Below are positions 1 to 8,096 of a stretch of DNA of 64,000 bases, in pieces. The stretch spans positions 192,001 to 256,000 of the forward strand of contig CAYYQL010000002.1 of assembly GCA_964473825.1 (NCBI GenBank), written 5' to 3'. The DNA comes from an uncultured archaeon (GTDB lineage Archaea > Asgardarchaeota > Thorarchaeia > Thorarchaeales > Thorarchaeaceae). Positions within the stretch are counted from its first letter, which is position 1. Each line of letters opens with the position of its first letter. Both the position numbers and the translations under genes were made by a program. Below the pieces are notes generated by a model. It saw nothing but the letters and a program-made list of their open reading frames with translations, did no database searches and was not told the DNA's origin.

Positions 1-1
1 C

Positions 2-1003
2 ATCAACTTCCTGTCTGATGCACTACATCATATCAGGCATCTGATTGATGTGCCCAGACCTGATTTTGTTGCGTGTGACCTGAACCCGCAGTTTCTCACC
101 ACCGAATTAGGCGAAGAGATGAGTAAAGACCTTGATGCTCCATTGGTCAGAGTTCAGCATCATCATGCACATCTAGCGGGACTGATTGCAGAGCATAATC
201 TGCCCCCTGATACTCGTATTGTGTGTATTACGGTTGATGGGTACGGATATGCACCAACAGGAGAAGCTTGGGGTGGTGATATCCTTCTAGGAAACTATGA
301 TGAATACCAACGAGTCGGAGGGCTTAGACATAGTGTCCTTCCCGGAGGAGATTTGTCAGCACGATATGCAGCAAGGTCTCTGTTGGGGATCTTAGATGAT
401 GAGATTGATCTGTCGCAGATACTAGAATTGTCAAGGGGTTATGATATTGCACTTGGAACCCCAACCGATCCCAATACTATTGCTATGGTGTATGAGTCAT
501 TAAGAAAAGGTATCAATACTGTCGATACGACGAGTGCCGGCAGATTTCTGGATGCGGTTTCATTAGCTATAGGCGTGTGTGGAGAGAATACATACGATGG
601 AGAATGTCCAATGCGTCTTGAAGCTATAGCACACGATAGGGGACTCCAACTCGAAGCTCACTTCCTCGAGGCTCACGATGGTCTGAATCTGGATACAAGA
701 GACTTGTTATTACAAGTAATACAACTGAGGAAATCAGAAGTGCCACAAGAGGGGCTTGCATACACAGCCCTACATACCTTAGGTGCAAGCCTAGCTGATG
801 CAAGTTGTGATATCGCGGAACAACATGGGCTTCAACATATCGGTCTCTCAGGAGGAGTCGCACTGAATAGGATTGTAACACGATCTGTGATTAATCAGGT
901 TAACAAGAGAGGATTAACGCCGCTTATCCACAAGCAAGTACCACCTGGCGACGGAGGAATCTCTCTCGGACAGCTTGCTATTGGGGCAAAGAAGCTTTCT
1001 TGA
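2..1003 (+). CDS. hypF: Hydrogenase maturation carbamoyltransferase HypF, C-terminal part (5'-truncated by window)
   Basis: VQHHHAH, DGYGY..G..WGG, TTSAGRFLDA, LSGGVALN and VPPGDGGISLGQ motifs of the HypF Kae1-like domain. The frame is open from position 2. Confidence 0.95.
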   Translation: MNFLSDALHHIRHLIDVPRPDFVACDLNPQFLTTELGEEMSKDLDAPLVRVQHHHAHLAGLIAEHNLPPDTRIVCITVDGYGYAPTGEAWGGDILLGNYDEYQRVGGLRHSVLPGGDLSARYAARSLLGILDDEIDLSQILELSRGYDIALGTPTDPNTIAMVYESLRKGINTVDTTSAGRFLDAVSLAIGVCGENTYDGECPMRLEAIAHDRGLQLEAHFLEAHDGLNLDTRDLLLQVIQLRKSEVPQEGLAYTALHTLGASLADASCDIAEQHGLQHIGLSGGVALNRIVTRSVINQVNKRGLTPLIHKQVPPGDGGISLGQLAIGAKKLS

Positions 1004-1038
1004 GTGTGTATTATCTATAATACACATCTAACTTTGGG

Positions 1039-1653
1039 TCAGATGTATTTCCTAACTTCTTCCAGGCCTCTCTTGAAAGCAGCCTTGTTTATGGATTCAA
1101 ACCTACCGGGAAAGGATGACGCGATGGTCTCTAAGGCAGTCTTCTCGCTAATCGGTGTAATTGACGAAGCTATAACTGCCCCCAACATGACCATGTTCAT
1201 CGACCGGGGACTGCCGGCATCCTTTGCGAACTTCATAGCATCAAATTTGATTATCTTTTCAGTGAAATTCCGCAAGGAGGATTCTATGATTTCTTCAGAA
1301 GGATATTCTGCTTTTCCCATAGAAACTGCAACAGGATAAACAACATGCGAGTTCATGAGTACTTGACCGCTTGGTTTGATCACGGAAATCTCTCTTAGAG
1401 TTTCAGCCGGTTCAAATCCGACAAGGATGTCTGCGGTTCCGGTATCGACAATCGGCCCTCTAACGTCTGAACCAATTCGTACAGTACAGACTACGTGACC
1501 CCCTCTCTGTGCCATCCCATGAATCTCGCCCACTCGGACGTTGAGTCCATCTGCCAGTGCAGCCTTGGCCATTATCTCAGCTAGCGTGAGAACGCCCTGA
1601 CCTCCAACTCCTGAAATCACTATGTTCAAAATATCAGCTGAGTCTTCACTCAC
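1039..1653 (-). CDS. iorB: Indolepyruvate:ferredoxin oxidoreductase beta subunit
   Basis: GVGGQGVL, EIHGMAQRGGHV and NMVMLGA motifs. The GTG start at 1653 follows a GGAGG RBS (the ORF track extends to 1722). Directly downstream of iorA. Confidence 0.95.
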   Translation of the reverse strand: MSEDSADILNIVISGVGGQGVLTLAEIMAKAALADGLNVRVGEIHGMAQRGGHVVCTVRIGSDVRGPIVDTGTADILVGFEPAETLREISVIKPSGQVLMNSHVVYPVAVSMGKAEYPSEEIIESSLRNFTEKIIKFDAMKFAKDAGSPRSMNMVMLGAVIASSITPISEKTALETIASSFPGRFESINKAAFKRGLEEVRKYI

Positions 1654-1655
1654 AT

Positions 1656-3548
1656 CTATTCCTCCTTCTGCTTGATTGCACCCTGCGGACATACTTCTAC
1701 ACAGGTGCCACAGAGATTGCATAATGTTTCGTCTATCACAGCCTTGCCTGTTTCAGGATCTTCATACATGGCTGGGCATGACAACCGATTGAGACAGCGT
1801 TTGCATGCGTTACAGATCTCGGGATCGACATAGTATTGAGACGGGTACTCTTCCGTCCTTCGTCTTTCTGCTGCCGTGAGCAAGGCACATGGTTCTCTCG
1901 ATACGAGAACTGCAGGTGCCTGGTTCTCACGTACCCAGTTCACCATCTCTCGAACCTCCTTGACCATATCTGCAACAGAATCGAATGGCCGAATAGTCTT
2001 GACATACTCTACTCCAAGACCTTGGCAGACCTTGGCTATATCTAGGGGTTCAACTTGTTTTTGCATGCCGGTTAGACCCGTACCCGGATGTGGCTGATGA
2101 CCAGTCATTGCTGTAGTGCGATTGTCTAATACAACAAGAGAAACAGGATGCTGATTGTAGACTGCATTTGCAACACCGGCGAGGCCAGATGCGAAGAACG
2201 TACTATCCCCAATTGTTGCAACCACATCTTGATCGGTTACCTGTGCAAGCCCACAGGCAGTTGTTATAGAGGATCCCATATCAAAGAGTATGTCTGCGGT
2301 TTCAAGTGGAGGGGCGATACTCAGCGTATAACATCCAATATCTGAGGGGTAGATTGCCTTTCCGCGAGTTGCCGTCTTTATGGCATAATAGCTTGCCCGA
2401 TGAGGACATCCAGCACAGAGGAGAGGAGGTCGTGGTGGAATGTCAGGGAGCTCTGCTGCCTTCTCTTCAAGTGCTTCCCAGAGAGTTGGTGTATTACGAT
2501 TAATAGCCTCTGATATTCCCTTCATGACGATCCGAGGACTGTACTCATATGTTCTAGAGAAGTATCCTTGTTCCTTTCCCAGAATGTCAACATCGACTTC
2601 TCTCAGTTGAGCAATCCTGCGAGTGTGTGTTTCCAAGAAGGGTTCAAGCTCCTCTACAATGACTACTTTCGAATGACGCCTCAAGAAATCGGAAATCTTG
2701 TCTTCTGGGACAGGATGGGTCATACCAAGTTTCAGTACTTCAGCATTAAGATTCATGATTGAGAGAGATTCCACGACGTAGTTGTATGCTACGCCGCTTG
2801 TGATTATGCCCAGTTCGCCCTCACCCTCAGTGAAGTTGAGATTGCTGGATTCTGAAATGCTCTTGGCTTTCTCAATCTGTTGGAGCAACCAAGGATGACG
2901 TGTTCTTGCAACTGATGGAACCGGGACAAATCGGAACGGTTCCTTTTCGAATTCTACATGCTTGGGACGATCTTGAATGGGCCCGAAAGTAACAGGGGAT
3001 CGCGAGTGATTTACTCGCGTAGTTGTTCGAAGAACCACTGGAAGCTCCAGTTTCTCGGAGATTTCATAGATTTCCAATAGCATACTCTTTGCTTCTGCAG
3101 GGTCAGCGGGCTCTACCATAGGCATATTTGCCATCAGTGAGTAGTATCTGGAATCATTCTCGTTCTGAGAACTCCACATGCTGGGGTCATCGGCTACCAC
3201 AATGATCATGCCTCCCCGCACACCAACATATGCTAGGGTCATGAAAGGGTCTGCGGCCACATTCAGTCCTGGCCCCTTGCATACCATCATTGATCGCACT
3301 CCTGCAACAGCAGCCGCTCCTGCTACCTCCATTGCAACCTTTTCATTGCTACTGAACTCAAAATAGAAATTGGGAATGTGAGGAGCCATTGAAAACAAGT
3401 TGTTTCCTATCTCACTACTCGGCGTTCCTGGATAGAGAGCCACAAGGCGAACACCTGCCTCCAGGGTACCCCGGGCAATCGCCTCATTAGCAAGTAAGAG
3501 GTGAGTGGCCCCAACACAATCCGCCAGAAGTTCGTTCCTTTTGGTCAT
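1656..3548 (-). CDS. iorA: Indolepyruvate:ferredoxin oxidoreductase alpha subunit
   Basis: YPGTPSSEI, NEKVAME, ADDP, LCAGCPHR, DIGCY, IGDSTF and LDNRTTAMTGHQPHP motifs, plus a C-terminal 2x[4Fe-4S] ferredoxin domain. Confidence 0.96.
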   Translation of the reverse strand: MTKRNELLADCVGATHLLLANEAIARGTLEAGVRLVALYPGTPSSEIGNNLFSMAPHIPNFYFEFSSNEKVAMEVAGAAAVAGVRSMMVCKGPGLNVAADPFMTLAYVGVRGGMIIVVADDPSMWSSQNENDSRYYSLMANMPMVEPADPAEAKSMLLEIYEISEKLELPVVLRTTTRVNHSRSPVTFGPIQDRPKHVEFEKEPFRFVPVPSVARTRHPWLLQQIEKAKSISESSNLNFTEGEGELGIITSGVAYNYVVESLSIMNLNAEVLKLGMTHPVPEDKISDFLRRHSKVVIVEELEPFLETHTRRIAQLREVDVDILGKEQGYFSRTYEYSPRIVMKGISEAINRNTPTLWEALEEKAAELPDIPPRPPLLCAGCPHRASYYAIKTATRGKAIYPSDIGCYTLSIAPPLETADILFDMGSSITTACGLAQVTDQDVVATIGDSTFFASGLAGVANAVYNQHPVSLVVLDNRTTAMTGHQPHPGTGLTGMQKQVEPLDIAKVCQGLGVEYVKTIRPFDSVADMVKEVREMVNWVRENQAPAVLVSREPCALLTAAERRRTEEYPSQYYVDPEICNACKRCLNRLSCPAMYEDPETGKAVIDETLCNLCGTCVEVCPQGAIKQKEE

Positions 3549-3643
3549 TTCAGTGCCTCACTAGGACGATCATCCACAAAGACGAACGAGCAACAATAGG
3601 AAATGTGTATCAGTCTTTTGGTTCGTGATATACTAACGTCTTC

Positions 3644-3661
3644 TTAGAACATGTGTTCCAA
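3644..3661. promoter_or_regulatory. Palindromic operator-like box (GAAC-N4-GTTC), copy 1, left of the ORB pair
   Basis: TTAGAACATGTGTTCCAA. Its reverse complement matches copy 2 at 17/18 positions. Confidence 0.6.
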
Positions 3662-3670
3662 GCGATTCTA

Positions 3671-3841
3671 GACCCCTTTATTTCCAGTAGAGCTTCGTGT
3701 CGATCGGTTCCCGTTCGCTTAATTAACCAAAACTATAAATAGCTATTAGGTCAGCTGTCCTTATCTCCATTTTAATACAATACACTACTACCCGCTGTTG
3801 TAGTACCCCATTTTTTAAACTCTAGTGGAAACGAAGGGGTG
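3671..3841. other. oriC: Putative replication origin (oriC): two inverted ORB elements flanking an AT-rich unwinding element
   Basis: Minus-strand CTCTACTGGAAATAAAGGGGTC (3671-3692) and plus-strand CTCTAGTGGAAACGAAGGGGTG (3820-3841) are 18/22 identical. Both fit the archaeal ORB pattern (TCCAnTGGAAA-N-G-string). The 127-bp spacer has an AT-rich core at about 3719-3790. Confidence 0.75.
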
Positions 3842-3877
3842 AACCGGGAGATTCCGGATCTACTCATTCATTATAGT

Positions 3878-3895
3878 TTGGAACACATGTTCCAA
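3878..3895. promoter_or_regulatory. Palindromic operator-like box, copy 2, right of the ORB pair
   Basis: TTGGAACACATGTTCCAA, a near-perfect 18-bp palindrome. Confidence 0.6.
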
Positions 3896-3897
3896 TT

Positions 3898-4188
3898 CTA
3901 CACTTTATCGAATTGGACAACTTCAAAAACAACAGTGGAGAGAATATCGTTGTATTTCTTGAAAAGCTGGTCAAACATACTCTTACAAGTGTCAGGTACG
4001 AGAATAGCAGAGTTGGCAACTGCTTCGGAAGCTGAGCATTGATCTAGCAATCCAGGTTTCCGCTTCTCCTTCTTACCACTCTTTGTCTTCCAAGAATAGA
4101 CAAAACCGTACAATTCCTTAGTAAAGGCTACTCTTCTTGCATTTGTCTGACGTGCCTTCTCACAGTCATAGACATACAGATAGACCAT
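3898..4188 (-). CDS. Small basic protein with a Cas2/VapD-like (ferredoxin-fold) signature, not CRISPR-linked
   Basis: N-terminal YLYVYD followed by RR..F.KEL.G and a later SAILVP strand resembles the Cas2 pattern (hhhYD...RR..L...G...Q.SVF). It has a Lys-rich insertion (WKTKSGKKEKRK). Confidence 0.55.
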   Translation of the reverse strand: MVYLYVYDCEKARQTNARRVAFTKELYGFVYSWKTKSGKKEKRKPGLLDQCSASEAVANSAILVPDTCKSMFDQLFKKYNDILSTVVFEVVQFDKV

Positions 4189-4206
4189 GCTACTATCCCA
4201 AGACTA

Positions 4207-4221
4207 AGAACACATGTTCCA
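4207..4221. promoter_or_regulatory. Palindromic operator-like box, copy 3, in the promoter of the 96-aa gene
   Basis: AAGAACACATGTTCCA lies about 20-35 bp upstream of the ATG at 4188. Confidence 0.55.
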
Positions 4222-4331
4222 GTATTCAAACAGTGTATTACCGGCATAATCTCTCAGACGGAAAGATTAATGCAGGGGAAAAAACGCAAGTGGTTCTCGT
4301 GGCTACCTAAACATTATGAGGTGACTTTCGA

Positions 4332-5636
4332 GTGAATAAGATTGGTATTAGAAAAGAAGAGAAAGCATTTGAAAGACGTGTGCCGCTTGTGCCATCTCAT
4401 GTATCACAATTGGTCAAGGATTACGATATAGATGTCGTTTTAGAACCTAATGAACAACGCGTCTTTCCTGAAAGTGCATACTCACAAGTAGGTGCATCCA
4501 TCTCCTCGTTGAAGGGAGATAGAGCGGATGTAATCCTTGGGATCAAGGAGATGCCATTAGGCTTCTTTGAGAAGGACAAGGTGTACGTTTTCTTCAGCCA
4601 CACAATCAAGGGCCAAGAACACAACATGGACATGCTGCAAGACTTGATAGATTCTGGAGCCACACTTATTGACTATGAATGCGTCACTAACGAAAGAGGG
4701 ACCCGTCTCATCTACTTCGGAAACTGGGCAGGGATGGCAGGAATGTCGGACACCTTACGAGTTTTCGGAGAACTCCTTGACAGGAAACGAATTGCTCCAA
4801 ACCCCTTCTCGGACATGAAGCCAACCCTAGATTGTGATGGTCTCGACGGTCTTCGTGAGGTCTTCCAACAAGTTGCACAACGCATTAAGGAAGATGGACT
4901 TCCTGCTTCATTGGTTCCATTGGTAGTTGGGTTTGCTGGCTACGGTAATGTTTCTCGTGGTGCTCAAGAGATGTTTGACATCCTGCCTCACGAAGCCGTG
5001 GATCCTAGAAGTCTCTCTACCTTAGAATCTCGAAGTGACATCATCTACAAATGTGTGTTCAAAGAGAAGGACATGGTGGAGCCCAGGAGCCCAGACATTC
5101 AATTCGATTTACAGGACTACTACAAGTACGGCAGCGAGAAATACTCGGGATTATTCCATAGATACGCTCCATATCTCACCATTCTAATGAACTGTATATA
5201 CTGGACAAAGAAATATCCACGACTTCTGACTAGGGAACAGATTCGCGACATCTGGCAAAGATCTAACAACCGTCTCTTAGTCATCGGTGACATATCCTGT
5301 GATATTCGGGGCGCAATAGAGTTCACTGTTCGGACTACAAAGCCCGACAAACCTGCCTTCACATACTTAATAGACAAGGATGAGGCGAAGCTAGAGATTA
5401 CTGAGGAGGGACCGGTTGTCATGGCCATTGACAATCTGCCTTGTGAACTTCCTCGTGAATCATCAACATCTTTTAGTGAAACATTACTCGAGTTCATACC
5501 GCCCCTTGCAAAGGCCGATTTCACAGCTGACTTTCAACAACTAGAACTCCCAAATGAGCTAAAGAAGGCTGTTATCGTCTATCGTGGAGAACTGACGGAA
5601 GAATATGAACATCTGAAGAAATACTTAGAGAAGTGA
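4332..5636 (+). CDS. Lysine-ketoglutarate reductase / saccharopine dehydrogenase (lysine-forming), AlaDH/PNT fold
   Basis: GIRKE..ERRVPL.P, GIKE, FFSHTIKGQ, LIDYE, GYGNVSRGA, DISCD.RGAIEF and IDNLPCELPRESS motifs of the AASS LKR domain. Confidence 0.9.
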   Translation: MNKIGIRKEEKAFERRVPLVPSHVSQLVKDYDIDVVLEPNEQRVFPESAYSQVGASISSLKGDRADVILGIKEMPLGFFEKDKVYVFFSHTIKGQEHNMDMLQDLIDSGATLIDYECVTNERGTRLIYFGNWAGMAGMSDTLRVFGELLDRKRIAPNPFSDMKPTLDCDGLDGLREVFQQVAQRIKEDGLPASLVPLVVGFAGYGNVSRGAQEMFDILPHEAVDPRSLSTLESRSDIIYKCVFKEKDMVEPRSPDIQFDLQDYYKYGSEKYSGLFHRYAPYLTILMNCIYWTKKYPRLLTREQIRDIWQRSNNRLLVIGDISCDIRGAIEFTVRTTKPDKPAFTYLIDKDEAKLEITEEGPVVMAIDNLPCELPRESSTSFSETLLEFIPPLAKADFTADFQQLELPNELKKAVIVYRGELTEEYEHLKKYLEK

Positions 5637-6979
5637 CTACAATGAAACGAGTGTTATGCCTAGGTGCTGGACTGGTTGCAAAACCCTATGTACAGTATCT
5701 TTCTGATAGGGGATATCATGTAACCGTGGCCAGTCGGACTGAGAAAAAAGCACAGAAGCTCATACGTGAATGTGCCAGCGCAGAAGCTGTGAGATTTGAC
5801 ATAAGTAAAGATGACGAGCTCCTAAACAAACTGATATCAGAGGCTGACTTGGTCTGCTCACTCCTTCCCTACACATTCCATGTCAAAGCTGCCAAGGTCG
5901 CATTGAAATTTGGAAAGCATTTCTGTACAACCTCTTACATTTCCGATGACATGCAGGATCTTGATGCCGCTGCTAAAGCGGCTAGAGTGCTACTTCTTAA
6001 TGAATGTGGGGTCGATCCCGGAATTGATCACATGAGTGCTATGAAGATTATTGACGAAGCTCATGAGAATGGCGGTAAAATAGTCAGTTTCACTTCGTTC
6101 ACAGGGGGTCTTCCCGCACCAGATGCCAATAACAATCCCTTCGGGTACAAGCTATCGTGGAGTCCGCGAGGAGTTTTACTTGCCGGAAGAAACGATGCAC
6201 ACTTTCTGAAAGATGGAGAAGAGGTGACCATTTCGGGCAAGGATCTCTTTGACAACTGCAGGATTATGGAAGTTCCAGGCATGGGCCAATTCGAAGGATA
6301 TCCCAATCGTGACAGTATGTCATACATTCGTATCTATGACATCCCAGAAACACAGACTATGCTACGTGGCACTTACCGGAATGTGGGCTGGTGTTCTACA
6401 CTCAAGAAGATTGCAGACCTCGGTCTACTCTCTCTCAACGAAGAGTCGTTCAAAGGAATGACATACTCTCAAATGCTTCGCGATGCAATAGGGTCTGAGG
6501 GGGGCAACATACGGCTAGTGGTAGCCAAAGAGATTGATGTTGAATCCGATAGCCCCATCCTAGACCGACTTGAATGGTTGGGGCTATTCTCGGACATTGA
6601 AATACCTGAGGACATTGACACCAGACTTGATGCTCTTTGCCATCTCTTTGTAGAAAAGATGCAATATGCACCTGGAGAACGTGATATGATTGTAATGCAT
6701 CACGAGTTTGTAATCCAATATCCAGATAGGAAGGAGAAAGTCACGTCGACATTGGTTGACTATGGAATCCCTGACGGAAACAGTTCCATGTCCAGAACTG
6801 TTGCATTGCCCGTCGCAATTGCCAGCCGTATGATTCTCGAAGGAACAATCAATGTCACAGGGGTACACAGACCAATCATTCCCAAGATTTACAATCCAAT
6901 ATTGGATGAGCTTGAGGAATTAGGCATCAAGTTCGAAGAAAAACGGACTGTATTGGATACTGATACACAGAGCATTTAG
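5633..6979 (+). CDS. Saccharopine dehydrogenase (glutamate-forming) / saccharopine reductase
   Basis: LGAGLVA, SLLPYTFH, TTSY, NECGVDPGIDHM, GGLPAP..NNNPFGYKLSWSPRG, EGYPNRDS and MSRTVALP motifs. Overlaps the upstream stop (GTGA). Confidence 0.93.
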   Translation: MTTMKRVLCLGAGLVAKPYVQYLSDRGYHVTVASRTEKKAQKLIRECASAEAVRFDISKDDELLNKLISEADLVCSLLPYTFHVKAAKVALKFGKHFCTTSYISDDMQDLDAAAKAARVLLLNECGVDPGIDHMSAMKIIDEAHENGGKIVSFTSFTGGLPAPDANNNPFGYKLSWSPRGVLLAGRNDAHFLKDGEEVTISGKDLFDNCRIMEVPGMGQFEGYPNRDSMSYIRIYDIPETQTMLRGTYRNVGWCSTLKKIADLGLLSLNEESFKGMTYSQMLRDAIGSEGGNIRLVVAKEIDVESDSPILDRLEWLGLFSDIEIPEDIDTRLDALCHLFVEKMQYAPGERDMIVMHHEFVIQYPDRKEKVTSTLVDYGIPDGNSSMSRTVALPVAIASRMILEGTINVTGVHRPIIPKIYNPILDELEELGIKFEEKRTVLDTDTQSI

Positions 6980-6998
6980 AGTGATTGCGTAGCATATA

Positions 6999-7631
6999 CT
7001 ACTCAAATTGAATCTCAATAGCTGCAAGGATCTCTTCAGCCCGTTGAGTTTCACTCTGCACTTCGTCCAGCTCAGTTCTTAGTCTATAGGTATAACCGGA
7101 CCTATTGCCGAATCTCTCAAGATGACCCTTACCCCTGTCCCACATTCTTGCTAAGTATGTAGAGGCTGTACTTTTTGGCAAATCTTCGCCAAATGTCCCC
7201 TCATATATCTCTGTAACATCTAATGAGGAGAACTTGCCATGCTTGAATGAGGCATAAATTATCATCTGCATCTTCTCGAAATTACTCATAGATTCGGGGA
7301 TTACCTTCTCAAACGAAAGCGTCTGTTTTTCCTGAGAAACAGGTGATAGCGTCTGGCCAGTTGTTGTTTCAAGAAAAACACGGAACTTTGCAAGCATCTC
7401 ATCCACGGTGCCTTTCACCTGAAAGCTCGACTCTTCTCGTGTGGCTTCATTAGAGATTACGATTTTGAAATCAAATGGCGACTCGGTCATTGCAAGGATC
7501 TTCTTGAATCTCATCAATGCCTCATCCGGTGTAACATACTTGCATTGGAAGATCTCGTCCAGGCCTGGAGCTGAGCTATAAGTGAATTCATAGATGAAAC
7601 CAGTTCGTTCACTTCCCAAAGTATATTCCAC
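6999..7631 (-). CDS. Hypothetical protein with a C-terminal winged-helix DNA-binding domain
   Basis: C-terminal FSSLDVTEIYE..FGEDLPKSTASTYLARM...G.LER.G...GYTYRL has wHTH helix-turn-helix-wing spacing. Confidence 0.6.
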   Translation of the reverse strand: MEYTLGSERTGFIYEFTYSSAPGLDEIFQCKYVTPDEALMRFKKILAMTESPFDFKIVISNEATREESSFQVKGTVDEMLAKFRVFLETTTGQTLSPVSQEKQTLSFEKVIPESMSNFEKMQMIIYASFKHGKFSSLDVTEIYEGTFGEDLPKSTASTYLARMWDRGKGHLERFGNRSGYTYRLRTELDEVQSETQRAEEILAAIEIQFE

Positions 7632-7641
7632 TCCAGTCTTC

Positions 7642-8055
7642 TATTCACAAGGACATAGCATTGGAAGCTAGATAAGTGTGAGTATGTGAATCGCGCATAT
7701 CGGGATAATGGCAATATATCCTCCAAGTATCCATATCAAGCTTGTCAGCCCCTTGCATTAATGAATTAGATACTAAGAACCCTCTGACACAACATAACGA
7801 GATTATTAGGCCTTTAAATCCAAATTAAGAGGTTTCTTCCATGCTCTCCGATATTCACAGCAATTATAATGCTGTGAATAACCATAGGCGTTATAAGAAT
7901 TCTCCTACCGAATCTCCACTGGAAACGAAGGGGTGTCGCTATTCACAATAGCTAGCGCACTTATGGGCTCCGTTTGCCTCTTAGATGACAATATGACTAG
8001 TCTTTGTCATAGAACATTCACAAATATGGCGCCATTCACAAATTCGTATTGTGAA
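7642..8055. repeat. Array of (T/C)ATTCACA repeats in both orientations, including a perfect 11-bp inverted repeat
   Basis: Copies at 7642, 7685 (rc), 7852, 7873 (rc), 7940, 8016, 8034 and 8049 (rc, TTGTGAA). TATTCACAGCA-N7-TGCTGTGAATA occupies 7852-7880. Confidence 0.65.
7914..7935 (+). promoter_or_regulatory. ORB element (third copy)
   Basis: CTCCACTGGAAACGAAGGGGTG is 20/22 identical to the ORB at 3820-3841 and is preceded by AT-rich DNA. Confidence 0.7.
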
Positions 8056-8096
8056 CAAGTTTCTTCGTGAGGATCTCAGTGATGATGATACGATTC

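Noticed and set aside
3644-4221. CRISPR array associated with the Cas2-like gene
   Set aside because: The palindromes are only 15-18 bp, irregularly spaced (234 and about 330 bp) and not separated by uniform spacers. No cas1 or other cas gene is present.
4266-7762. ATTAATGCA(A)GGGG inverted pair (4266-4278 and 7749-7762) as terminal inverted repeats of a mobile element
   Set aside because: The match is short, there is no transposase or target-site duplication, and each copy sits where a TATA-like promoter of the adjacent gene is expected.
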